64,000 nt of DNA, from the sequence record OM728297.1. The stretch is one strand, 5' to 3'. Shown here one piece after another: positions 38,565-47,940 of the stretch. Under the pieces are notes generated by a model, which saw only the letters and a list, made by a program, of their open reading frames with translations, was not told where the DNA came from and made no database searches. The position numbers and the translations under genes were made by a program. Position 1 is the stretch's first letter, and each line of letters starts with the position of its first letter.

Positions 38565-39080
38565 ATGACAATGACAAAACCACTTAAAGAGAAAACACTG
38601 AGTAATATGCTAGGAAAGCTTTTCAATGAAGAATTTGAACTTACTAAAGAGCAACATGCATTATATGAAAGACTTAAAGAGATTGAAGCACGTAAAGAAG
38701 AGATTTTAAATGAGAGAGATATCCTTCAAGGATTAGGGGAAAAAGAAGATTTAGACTTTGTTAGTGTGGATACTGAAACTACCACTACAACTAGAGTTAC
38801 ATTTGATAGAGATGAGAAAATTCAGTCAGTTGAGATTAAAGAAGAAAAGAAAGAAAAACGTACTAGAATGTCTCAATCTGAGAAAATGAAAGCTATTGAT
38901 ACATTAAAAGAGATTATGGAGCAATATGGTCGCCCTATGAAGCTAAGTGATATTATTGAAGAATTAGCTAACCATGGTTATGAATGGAATAAAGTACAAT
39001 CTGCACGTAAGTTCATTACAGATTCAGGTATTTTAGATTCACCTTGTCGTGGTATGTATCAATTAATTAGAAAATTTTAA
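38565..39080 (+). CDS. Rok-like coiled-coil + winged-helix DNA-binding protein
   Basis: LFNE..QHALYERLKEIE coiled coil; C-terminal PMKLSDIIEEL..SPCRGMYQL resembles Bacillus Rok (KPYRGQY) as recalled. Confidence 0.55.
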   Translation: MTMTKPLKEKTLSNMLGKLFNEEFELTKEQHALYERLKEIEARKEEILNERDILQGLGEKEDLDFVSVDTETTTTTRVTFDRDEKIQSVEIKEEKKEKRTRMSQSEKMKAIDTLKEIMEQYGRPMKLSDIIEELANHGYEWNKVQSARKFITDSGILDSPCRGMYQLIRKF

Positions 39081-39109
39081 TAAGAGATTAACTATTTGGG
39101 AATAAAAAA

Positions 39110-39147
39110 TCAATCAACCATTATTGAATCTAATAATGGTTGATTGA
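39110..39147 (+). terminator. Hairpin/terminator
   Basis: 16-bp stem tcaatcaaccattatt/aataatggttgattga. Confidence 0.6.
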
Positions 39148-39172
39148 ATCTTAATTTGAGAGGTTGATTAAA

Positions 39173-39784
39173 ATGGATAAAAATTTATTAAAAACATGCT
39201 TAGATGAAATTGAACATCATAAAGGTATGTTAATGGCTGAAAATGAGATTAGTGATGTTGAACTTAAGGAATTAGAATACATAAAATATGCTTTAGAGAG
39301 AGAAAATGAAGTAGATACTATCATTATATTAAATGCTGTTTGTAGTATTACTAATTCAAGTGATCTGCATGATTATGTTATGTATCTTTTAGAATTAATT
39401 CATAATGATGATGATATTTCTATTAAAAATATCTGTAAATGGCTAAAACATGAAGTAAGTAAAAAGGGAGTTGTTGGTTCTCTAAGTAAATTTTCTTTTC
39501 AACCATTTAATGAATTCCTTCAATGTTTAAAAGAAAATGATGAAGTGGGAGAAGAAGATATTGAATTTGCTGAAGGGTTTGTCAATGATGCAAACTATGT
39601 AATTAGAGCATCTTTATTTGATGGTGACTTTACAGGAGTAGAATTGTTTGTAAATATTTCTCCTTCAAGTGATGACATCAAAACGTTTAATGATATTACT
39701 GATCCAGCGTTATATGAAACAACAGAAAAAGAAGCTATTGAATGGTTAGAAGAATTAGGTACAGTTTATGACATATTAGATTAA
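39173..39784 (+). CDS. Hypothetical acidic protein
   Basis: GAGAGG SD before ATG 39173. Confidence 0.7.
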   Translation: MDKNLLKTCLDEIEHHKGMLMAENEISDVELKELEYIKYALERENEVDTIIILNAVCSITNSSDLHDYVMYLLELIHNDDDISIKNICKWLKHEVSKKGVVGSLSKFSFQPFNEFLQCLKENDEVGEEDIEFAEGFVNDANYVIRASLFDGDFTGVELFVNISPSSDDIKTFNDITDPALYETTEKEAIEWLEELGTVYDILD

Positions 39785-39796
39785 ATATAAGGGAGA

Positions 39797-39997
39797 GTGA
39801 TTTCTTTGAAACTCCATCAACAAGAAATTAAAATTGGAGATATTAAAATTCTTAAGAAAGATATTGACACACTTTTTTGTATTATTGAAAAGGGAGATAA
39901 AGTAGAAGTTATGGGAATTGGAGAAAGAGGTTATGATATTAAAGAAGTAATAACTGGTGCTAGAGCTATTGAATGTGGATTTGATATATTCGAATAA
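39797..39997 (+). CDS. Small hypothetical protein
   Basis: GTG start after GGGAG, 66 aa. Confidence 0.65.
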   Translation: MISLKLHQQEIKIGDIKILKKDIDTLFCIIEKGDKVEVMGIGERGYDIKEVITGARAIECGFDIFE

Positions 39998-40001
39998 AAC
40001 T

Positions 40002-40039
40002 ATATAAGTAGTAGGAAATTAATTTCCTACTACTTATAT
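40002..40039. terminator. 38-bp perfect palindrome (probable terminator)
   Basis: atataagtagtaggaaatt|aatttcctactacttatat. Confidence 0.6.
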
Positions 40040-40080
40040 TAATAATAATAAAAACTAAAATTTTTTATAAGGTGATTATT

Positions 40081-40986
40081 ATGCTAATGACAAAATCTTT
40101 TAAAAATATACACCTAATTAAATGGGATATCTACGCAGTTCTTAAAACACATGATAAAATATTAGATATACTATCGAATAGAGTAAATTATCAGAAAGTA
40201 TACATTGAAACAATTTATACTGAATCTGGAATCCAAGTAGTACAAAAATTAACTAATGATACATACAATATATCTAAAAATAGTCTCCCTCTTTTATCTT
40301 ATGGAGAAGCCAAGTTTAGTAAAGATGCAATGGATATGATAGTAAATAATTTTATGAATAGTTATAATTTAAAAACTCAAGATGAATATAATGAATATAA
40401 AGAAATGCTCTTAAATAATGGGAATAATGAAGTTACAGTTGTTATAAATACATCTAATATTGTATTACAGACAAATCACATTTCTGATGAAGAAATAGAT
40501 CGTGCTAAAAAACATCTAATTTCTAATCATGATTTTTATGAATCTAAAAAATTGTGTGATGTGTGTGGTAAAAGATCTAATAATATATCTGATAAAAATA
40601 GATTCGGTATAGGTAAAAGTTATTATTATTGTGATGATCATAGAGTTAAAGAATTATATAGGAATAAAAGTATAATAAATAACCAGATTTTATCATATAA
40701 TGGAAAAAATAAAATTAATCTTGGAGCTAAACCTACTTGTGATGTATGTAAAGGAAGTTTATTCACCTCTATATACACTGATCAATTTTATTTATTATAT
40801 GATGACACAAAAGTATGTAATAATTGCGTCATTCATGGCTATATAGAAAAAAATTTATTAAATCAACATGGACATAGATGTGAAAACTGTCGTGGACAAG
40901 GATATATTAGGGATTACAAACTCTATAAAGTAGATTGTGCTTATTGTCAAGGAACAGGTTGGATTAAGAAGGAGAATAGTAAATGA
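40081..40986 (+). CDS. Paralog family B (HLIxW) member 1 with C-terminal DnaJ-type Zn fingers
   Basis: HLIKWD; DEYNEYKEMLLNN; CENCRGQG..CAYCQGTG. Confidence 0.75.
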   Translation: MLMTKSFKNIHLIKWDIYAVLKTHDKILDILSNRVNYQKVYIETIYTESGIQVVQKLTNDTYNISKNSLPLLSYGEAKFSKDAMDMIVNNFMNSYNLKTQDEYNEYKEMLLNNGNNEVTVVINTSNIVLQTNHISDEEIDRAKKHLISNHDFYESKKLCDVCGKRSNNISDKNRFGIGKSYYYCDDHRVKELYRNKSIINNQILSYNGKNKINLGAKPTCDVCKGSLFTSIYTDQFYLLYDDTKVCNNCVIHGYIEKNLLNQHGHRCENCRGQGYIRDYKLYKVDCAYCQGTGWIKKENSK

Positions 40987-41885
40987 GGGATCTACATTTA
41001 ATTAAATGGTCATTAGCAGGAATGATTAGATTTGAAGATTCATGTCTTCCTCAATTTGATAAAACTTATGAAATTATTTTTACTGATGGTTATGTAGAAT
41101 TAGTTTATAAACGAAAAAATAATTTTATTACATTTAAAGTACCTGTTGGAATTAAATATGGGAAACCTTATCTTTCTAATGAATTAAAAAAAGAAATACA
41201 AGAAAGAACTATTACTTATTATTATAAATATGTTAATTGTCTAAAAAGAGATGAATATTTAGATTATATGAATAAATATCTACAAAATAAAAATAATAAA
41301 GTAGCTATTTTAAGAGATTCTAAAAAGTTAAAAGTATATGCTAATTATGAAATATCTGAGAAAGAGTTTCTAAATATTAGAAGGGAAAGAGTGAAAATTA
41401 AGGATTTTCTTGAAGAGAATATATGCGAAGTCTGTGGTTCAAGAAACTCATTAACTAGATTCAATAGACACAATTTATGCACTAAACACTCAATACAAGT
41501 TGAATTTAAAGAATATCATAGTTTAGAAGATTTAATTAAGGAAAATAATAAATTAAAATGCCATTGCTGTAATGAAGATATTTTAAAAACTGATCTTTAT
41601 ATGAAACAAGATAAAGAAGCGAAAGAAAATATCGCATCGCCAATATTCACAATATTTCATAATACGGATCCACTGGATAAAGATTTATATTATTGTGATC
41701 AATGTAAAAGAAAGTTTAATGATAAAATAGTTGAAAATATTGTTAAACGGTCAGAAATATGTAAATGTAAGGAGTGTAATGGAAAAGGTTATACACGAAA
41801 TTATTATGTAGAAAAAGAATTCTGTGAAAAATGCAATGGCAAAGGATGGGTTAAGAAGAAGGGAGTAAATAATGAAGTACAATAA
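40983..41885 (+). CDS. Paralog family B member 2 with C-terminal DnaJ-type Zn fingers
   Basis: HLIKWS; YEIIFTDGYVEL; DEYLDY..NKVAI; CKECNGKG..CEKCNGKG. Confidence 0.75.
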   Translation: MRDLHLIKWSLAGMIRFEDSCLPQFDKTYEIIFTDGYVELVYKRKNNFITFKVPVGIKYGKPYLSNELKKEIQERTITYYYKYVNCLKRDEYLDYMNKYLQNKNNKVAILRDSKKLKVYANYEISEKEFLNIRRERVKIKDFLEENICEVCGSRNSLTRFNRHNLCTKHSIQVEFKEYHSLEDLIKENNKLKCHCCNEDILKTDLYMKQDKEAKENIASPIFTIFHNTDPLDKDLYYCDQCKRKFNDKIVENIVKRSEICKCKECNGKGYTRNYYVEKEFCEKCNGKGWVKKKGVNNEVQ

Positions 41886-42318
41886 TGCTTTAGATAGATG
41901 GAGACATTTAATTATTTGGGATTTTGAAGATGTTATGAAATTTGATTCAAAAATACCAAAGAGTATTAAATATAATCATCAAGTCACTGACTTAATAATT
42001 CTGTATGAAGTAGTTCTAGCGGAAGAGTATATTGAGTTTATCTATAAAACCAATGATAAATTTAGATTATCAAAAATTATTCCACCTATTAAGAATAATA
42101 AAATAAAATATACAGAGGATTTCTATGATAGAATGTTAGCATGTACTCATCCTTTTTATACTGTTCCTAATACTAAAATATTGATCGAAGATGAATATGA
42201 TAAGTATAGATTAGAACTTATGAATAATTTAAAAAATAAAGTTATATTATTATCATATAACTCAGAAAGGATGAAAGTATATACAAATTATAAACTATCA
42301 GGATTGGAGGAGATTTAG
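41872..42318 (+). CDS. Paralog family B member 3
   Basis: HLIIWD; YEVVLAEEYIEF; DEYDKY..NNLKNKVIL. Confidence 0.75.
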   Translation: MKYNNALDRWRHLIIWDFEDVMKFDSKIPKSIKYNHQVTDLIILYEVVLAEEYIEFIYKTNDKFRLSKIIPPIKNNKIKYTEDFYDRMLACTHPFYTVPNTKILIEDEYDKYRLELMNNLKNKVILLSYNSERMKVYTNYKLSGLEEI

Positions 42319-42855
42319 ATTAAAGCAGAGTTTTTAGACCTTATAGATGATCTAATTATAATAAATAATAGGGAAGATCATCTAATTGATTGGAATCGTC
42401 AAGATATGATAGAAGCAGAAGAATTAATACTTCATCATATTGCAATTCCGAGTTATGCAGTTAATTGGAGACCAATTGTAGAATGGAAATTACTTCACTC
42501 AAATAATAATCCAGTGGAGAAAGATTATCAATTGCGTAGATTAATAAATAATAAAATATATAAATATTATGGTATGATATTTACCGAAGAGTATATTAAA
42601 ATTATTATTCAATGTGATAAAATATTTAGAATGTATAATATTACACCATCTATAATGTATCATGGTAAAGCAATTATTACAGATGAATTAGGAGAACATG
42701 CATTTGATAAGTTATGTGATTTAGAGAAAGGTAATTTAAAAAAATCTATGATCCTTAGAGAAAATGTAATAGAAAAGTATATCTATAATTTATTAAAAAG
42801 AAAAGAAAAAATTGCATTTTTAAATTATAAATCTTCATTTACAAAAAATTATTAG
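42319..42855 (+). CDS. Paralog family B member 4 (probable ATT start at 42319; first ATG 42406)
   Basis: GGAGG 42306-42310; in-frame extension contains HLIDW; YGMIFTEEYIKI. Confidence 0.7.
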   Translation: MKAEFLDLIDDLIIINNREDHLIDWNRQDMIEAEELILHHIAIPSYAVNWRPIVEWKLLHSNNNPVEKDYQLRRLINNKIYKYYGMIFTEEYIKIIIQCDKIFRMYNITPSIMYHGKAIITDELGEHAFDKLCDLEKGNLKKSMILRENVIEKYIYNLLKRKEKIAFLNYKSSFTKNY

Positions 42856-42866
42856 GAGGTAGAAAA

Positions 42867-43076
42867 ATGGATGATCGTGATAGGTGTATTAAATGTGGGA
42901 ATAGATATGGATTTGCAATGGGTACATGTATAAGTTGTGGATGGAATGATGTATCAAATGAATGGACAAAAATAACAGTAGATCCAAATTATCTTCCTAA
43001 AAAATTAAGAAAGGTGTTGATTAAAATTCATGAATCAAACGTTGGAAAATTTAAAGACGCCGAATGGAAAAAATAG
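42867..43076 (+). CDS. Small Zn-ribbon protein
   Basis: CIKC..CISC; AGGAGG SD. Confidence 0.7.
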   Translation: MDDRDRCIKCGNRYGFAMGTCISCGWNDVSNEWTKITVDPNYLPKKLRKVLIKIHESNVGKFKDAEWKK

Positions 43077-43656
43077 ATTGGACTTCAAAGCAAGAAAACA
43101 CCTTGTAATGTGGGACACTTATAGTATTTGTGCATTAGATCGAAGTATTCGAGGTATATCGAATATAACAGATGCACCAGATATCTATAGAAATTATACA
43201 CAGATTGAGCATATATATCATGAAATAATTCTATCGGAAGAAAAAATTGAATTAATTTGTTCAAATAAGAATAATATTAATATATATGATATTATTGATG
43301 TATTTCCTGCTATTAATACTCTTAACCCAGCAAATAAACCAATTATTGATTATGAACTTGTTAATCAAATTAAGAATAAAATGTATAAGTATTATAATAA
43401 TGAAGAGAATTCTAGTAAAATTTCTAGGGAGAAATATACTAAGTATAGAGAAGAAAGATTAAATAATCATGATGAAAGGATTGCAGTAGTAGGATATAAA
43501 TTGCTTTTTAAGGAAAAGAAGGTATTATTAAAATCAAATTTCTTTATTGATGGGTTATGCTATTCAGAGGATAATATAAAACGAATAGATGATGATAAAT
43601 TAATCATTAGTTATGATATTACACAACTAATGATTAGTGAGAAGAATTATATTTAA
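43030..43656 (+). CDS. Paralog family B member 5 (start may be TTG 43078)
   Basis: HLVMWD; YHEIILSEEKIEL; EKYTKY..LNN..ERIAV. Confidence 0.7.
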   Translation: MNQTLENLKTPNGKNRLDFKARKHLVMWDTYSICALDRSIRGISNITDAPDIYRNYTQIEHIYHEIILSEEKIELICSNKNNINIYDIIDVFPAINTLNPANKPIIDYELVNQIKNKMYKYYNNEENSSKISREKYTKYREERLNNHDERIAVVGYKLLFKEKKVLLKSNFFIDGLCYSEDNIKRIDDDKLIISYDITQLMISEKNYI

Positions 43657-43680
43657 AAATACATGTAAAGGATGATGAAA

Positions 43681-43890
43681 ATGGCAATTATTAAGAAAGA
43701 TTATGAAACTATTCAAACTGAAAATGCTACTGAATATTATGATGAAGTTCTAAAGGAACGTGCTATTCCAGATCCTCGTGATGGATTAAAACCTATTCAC
43801 CGTAGAATTTTATGGGGCATGCATGTACATAAATGGGAGTCAAATAAACCACATGTTAAGTCAGCAAAAATTACGGGGAGCATTATTGGT
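43681..43890 (+). CDS. gyrA: DNA gyrase subunit A, exon 1
   Basis: RAIPDPRDGLKPIHRRILWGM..KSAKITGSIIG. Confidence 0.9.
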
Positions 43891-45176
43891 AAACAGTAGT
43901 TTCATTGCCTATCAGGGTTATATTTTACTCCAAAAGGAGTGGAGTATATTGGCAGCAAGATATTATTTAAGAACTATAAGCGAAGATTACAGCAAAGCAT
44001 ATCAAAGGGTTAAAAGAGAAGGAAAAAAACCAACAACTATTGCTAAGGAAATGAATTTAGATAAAGGAAAATTATTAAGAATAATTAAGAATGGAATTAT
44101 AGAAGTAAATAATATTCTTCTAGAAAATAATGATGCTTACAAGCATTATGAGAATGCTATTGAATACTATTTAGAAAAAAGATGCTCTTTAGAAGAAATA
44201 AATAGAGAATTTGGTATAAAAGATTCTATTTTTAAAAGAAATATTAAAGAAATCTTTGGTATTGAGCCATTAGATAATAGAATTTCATTCAATAGAAATA
44301 TCTTCCATAATATTGATACAAAAGAAAAAGCATATTGGTTGGGATTCATTCTTGCTGATGGTGGGATTTATAAAAATGAACTAAGAATTAAATTAGGTGA
44401 AAAAGATTTAAATCATTTACACAAGTTCTGTGATTTTGTTGGTCTTGATTACTCCTTTATTAAAAAAGAAGTTCATTCAACTACTAAAAATAATCTTTAT
44501 AAAGTCGTCTTATCATCTAATGAAATTGTCTTGGATTTAAACGAAAAAGGAATCATTCAGAACAAGACAACTAAAGAGGAACCTTTTTATAATATCAATG
44601 AAGAACTTCTCTCTGATTATATAAGAGGAATAATTGATGGCGATGGTTATATACGAAAAGATTATATTAGTATAGGATTAGTTGGTAGTCAGAAACTTTT
44701 AACCTTTGTTCAAGATGTTTTTAAACAGTATTTAGATATTGAACCAAATAAATTAATGAAACATGAGAAAATATTTAGAATCGCTTATTACAGAAAAGAA
44801 CATTTAGAAAAGATATTAGAATATCTATATAAAGATAGTAAAATATACCTTGATAGAAAATATAACTTAGCAATGAAATTCTTGCCGTCTTAAGTGGTAA
44901 CATTTAAGATTATTAGTGGGGGATTAAGCTGGAAGGGTTTAGTTATCCTAATCAGAGTCCGAAGGATGGATGTAACAGTTCATTCAGGCGCAACGCATAG
45001 ATACTGAAACTTTACCTTGATAAAGAATATAATGTATCCACGAGACCCCACTAACCATCTATTGTGAAATACATGGTTAAAAAGATATGCTATGCTGAGT
45101 TGGAAATGACCAACTGATGAAAATGAGGGAAACCTCCAGAGCATAGGATAAAAAGCCTATGGTTAATAACTAACAG
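43891..45176 (+). mobile_element. Group I intron (1286 nt) in gyrA
   Basis: Exon ends U43890 and intron ends G45176; P3 ttagtgggg(44913-21)/ccccactaa(45046-54); P7 GCAUA(44995-99)/UAUGC(45086-90); P9 hairpins; splicing restores IIG-EYHPHG in frame. Confidence 0.9.
43949..44893 (+). CDS. Intron-encoded LAGLIDADG homing endonuclease with N-terminal HTH-like region (TTG start 43949)
   Basis: KAYWLGFILADG and DYIRGIIDGDGYI motifs; AAGGAG upstream. Confidence 0.9.
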   Translation: MAARYYLRTISEDYSKAYQRVKREGKKPTTIAKEMNLDKGKLLRIIKNGIIEVNNILLENNDAYKHYENAIEYYLEKRCSLEEINREFGIKDSIFKRNIKEIFGIEPLDNRISFNRNIFHNIDTKEKAYWLGFILADGGIYKNELRIKLGEKDLNHLHKFCDFVGLDYSFIKKEVHSTTKNNLYKVVLSSNEIVLDLNEKGIIQNKTTKEEPFYNINEELLSDYIRGIIDGDGYIRKDYISIGLVGSQKLLTFVQDVFKQYLDIEPNKLMKHEKIFRIAYYRKEHLEKILEYLYKDSKIYLDRKYNLAMKFLPS

Positions 45177-47387
45177 GAATATCATCCCCACGGAAATGCA
45201 AGCGTATATGAAGCACTAGTAAAAATGTATCAACCTTGGTATGTCAATAAAAGCCTTATTGATGCTCATGGGAATTTCGGCTCAATGTATGGGGATCCAG
45301 CCGCCGCTGAACGTTATAGTGAAGCTAGAATTCATAAATTTGCAGAAGAGGTTTTACTATCAAATATTAATAAAAACATTGTTGATTTTGTTCCAAACTT
45401 TGATAATACTTTAGAAGAACCAATAGTTTTACCTTCTATTCTTCCAATGATATTAGTTAATGGTAGTCTCGGTATTGCCGCTGGTTATGCAACTAATCAG
45501 CATCCACATAATATTAATGAAGTTATTGATGAGACTATTAAGTATATTAAGGATAATAATTATCAGATCAAGCTATTACCAGATTACCCAACTGGTGGAG
45601 TAATTATTAATAAAAGGCAAGTAGAAGAAGCATATACTACTGGTAAATCAAAAGCTATTATTAGAGCAAGAATTACCAAAAATGAAAAGAAACATGAATT
45701 AGTTATTAGCGAGATTCCATATCTAAAAACATCTGATAAACTAATTGAATCTATTCAAAATGTAGCTAATGATAGGATTGAGAAAGGTAATAAAATTCCT
45801 AAGAAGATTGAAGGAATTAAAAATATTAAGAACCTTTCAGAAAAAGGTAAAATTAATATTATTATTGAAGTAAAGAAAGGCTATGAGCTAGATTTAATTG
45901 AAAATCAATTATATAAATATACTAATTGTCAATTTACTCTACCAATGGACTTTAATGGAGTAATAGATAAGAAGTTTATTAACTTTACTAACGTCAACCA
46001 AATTGTTGCAGAATGGTTAAATTTCCGTATTGTTACTCTTAGACGTTTATTTACAAATGATCTTAAAGATGCTAAGAAGAGAATTCATATTATTGATGGG
46101 TTACTTACTGCGTTAGGTACTAATCTAGATCGTTTGTTAGATATTATCAGAACTAGTAAAAGTAGATCACAAATGGTTGAAACTATTGTAAAAGAATTTA
46201 AAATTGAAGAAGATCAAGCTGAATATATTGTAAATATGAAATTATATCGTATTAACAATATTGAAATTGATCAATTAAAAAAAGAAAGAAAAGACTTAGA
46301 AAAGAAATATAACGATACGGTATTATATTTTAAAGATGATAATAAGATTAATGAGTATATTATCTCTGAACTTGAAAATGCTAAGAAAAAGTTTGGTTGT
46401 GAACGAAAAACAACTGTTCTAGATTTAAATATAGAAGATATTAATAATAAAGAAAATCTTATTATTGACAGCAACCATACTTTCATTTGTACTAATCGTT
46501 ATATTAAGAAATTAAATAATACTATCAAAGTTCAAAAACGTGGTGGTAAAGGAAATAGTATTGGTAAGATTAAATCTGATGATAATCCAATTACTATTTT
46601 TAATGCGAATAATAAGGATAATATTCTTATTTTTACGAATGCAGGAAAAGTTTATTCAAGAAAAGCTTATGAGATTGAAGGTTGTGAAATCCAATCATAT
46701 GGCTATAATCTAAATGGTATTATTAAAGATGAAACTCTAACAAATGTCCTTGCAATGACAGATGATGAGATGAATAATGAAAATATCAAAATTGCAATTG
46801 GTACTAGATTGAATAAAATTAAACTAGTAGATGTAGCAGAATTTAAGAATATTTATCAATCTGGTATTATTGCAACTAAATTAAATGATGGTGATAGTGT
46901 TATCTTTGCTCAAAAAGTAGATATGAAAGGAAAGAATTCTATTATTGCTTGTACTAATACAGGAGCAACAATTAATATGTCACTTGACTCTATCCCAGTA
47001 GTTCTTCGCCCTACATTTGGTTCTAACATTTTTGACAATTCTATTATCAATAAAGGAGATTATATTGCTGGTATTGATCTAGTAACAGAAGAAGTATCAC
47101 ATGCTTTCTTTATCAGTAAAAAAGGATTGGGAAAACGAGTTGAAATCTCTGAGTTCCCTGAACAAATCCGTGGTGGTAAAGGTCGAATTGGAATTAGAGC
47201 AAAAGAAAATGATGAAATTGTGAGAATTGTTTCTGTTAAACCAGATTCTGATTTAACCATTATTAGTAATACTAGTATTATTGGAATGGACATTGATGAA
47301 GTAAGTGTATTACTCCGTCCAGCATTTGGTAACACTATTAAGAAATTAAATAAAGATGAGATTATTTTGGGAGCAACCGCTATTTAA
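45177..47387 (+). CDS. gyrA: DNA gyrase subunit A, exon 2
   Basis: YHPHG, GNFGS, catalytic RYSEAR, NGSLGIAAG, GyrA-box QKRGGKG, C-terminal beta-pinwheel repeats; spliced product 806 aa. Confidence 0.93.
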   Translation, partial: EYHPHGNASVYEALVKMYQPWYVNKSLIDAHGNFGSMYGDPAAAERYSEARIHKFAEEVLLSNINKNIVDFVPNFDNTLEEPIVLPSILPMILVNGSLGIAAGYATNQHPHNINEVIDETIKYIKDNNYQIKLLPDYPTGGVIINKRQVEEAYTTGKSKAIIRARITKNEKKHELVISEIPYLKTSDKLIESIQNVANDRIEKGNKIPKKIEGIKNIKNLSEKGKINIIIEVKKGYELDLIENQLYKYTNCQFTLPMDFNGVIDKKFINFTNVNQIVAEWLNFRIVTLRRLFTNDLKDAKKRIHIIDGLLTALGTNLDRLLDIIRTSKSRSQMVETIVKEFKIEEDQAEYIVNMKLYRINNIEIDQLKKERKDLEKKYNDTVLYFKDDNKINEYIISELENAKKKFGCERKTTVLDLNIEDINNKENLIIDSNHTFICTNRYIKKLNNTIKVQKRGGKGNSIGKIKSDDNPITIFNANNKDNILIFTNAGKVYSRKAYEIEGCEIQSYGYNLNGIIKDETLTNVLAMTDDEMNNENIKIAIGTRLNKIKLVDVAEFKNIYQSGIIATKLNDGDSVIFAQKVDMKGKNSIIACTNTGATINMSLDSIPVVLRPTFGSNIFDNSIINKGDYIAGIDLVTEEVSHAFFISKKGLGKRVEISEFPEQIRGGKGRIGIRAKENDEIVRIVSVKPDSDLTIISNTSIIGMDIDEVSVLLRPAFGNTIKKLNKDEIILGATAI

Positions 47388-47390
47388 TTA

Positions 47391-47416
47391 GGGAAGACTA
47401 ATAGTCTTCTCTTTTA
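47391..47416 (+). terminator. Intrinsic terminator after gyrA
   Basis: gggaagacta-a-tagtcttctc followed by T-run. Confidence 0.6.
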
Positions 47417-47440
47417 TTATATTGGAGGGAGAATTAATAT

Positions 47441-47923
47441 ATGTATATAAGTACACTTAAAAAAGGTCAAACATATTCTAAAGGTGAAAAATCATGGATA
47501 GCTAATTATAACATTGGAACAATCAGTTTTATGAATTTAAGTAATCAAGATATTCGAGAATTAGAAGAAGCAGGTATCTTAACTAAAGTTAAAGCAGTAC
47601 CTCATCAAATAAATATTTGGTATGAAAATGAATTAGTTAAAACATTTAGTGCTAAGATTTCAAAAGAAAATATAGAGGAATCTCTTAAGAGAATTTACAA
47701 AGAAAATTTATTAAAACTAGGTGTACGATTAAAGGATACAGCTACTTATAATTTCCATAAACAAGATCAACTTGTATCAGTTAATACTGATCATACACAT
47801 AATATTGAATTTACTGCTATTCCAATTCGTGATTTTAATTCAGTAAAATTTGTTATAGAAAATGAATATGAATCTTATAATAAAGAACATATGATTTCTC
47901 TAGCAACTCATGAAATTGAATAA
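47441..47923 (+). CDS. Hypothetical protein
   Basis: 160-aa ORF, GGAGG upstream. Confidence 0.7.
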   Translation: MYISTLKKGQTYSKGEKSWIANYNIGTISFMNLSNQDIRELEEAGILTKVKAVPHQINIWYENELVKTFSAKISKENIEESLKRIYKENLLKLGVRLKDTATYNFHKQDQLVSVNTDHTHNIEFTAIPIRDFNSVKFVIENEYESYNKEHMISLATHEIE

Positions 47924-47940
47924 TAAATTATAAAGGATAA

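Noticed and set aside
43823-43948. N-terminal extension of the LAGLIDADG ORF overlapping gyrA exon 1
   Set aside because: No SD at 43823; AAGGAG before TTG 43949 gives a better start inside the intron
45225-47387. Track ORF as a complete GyrA starting at Met 45225
   Set aside because: It lacks the N-terminus and HPHG; it is exon 2 of intron-split gyrA
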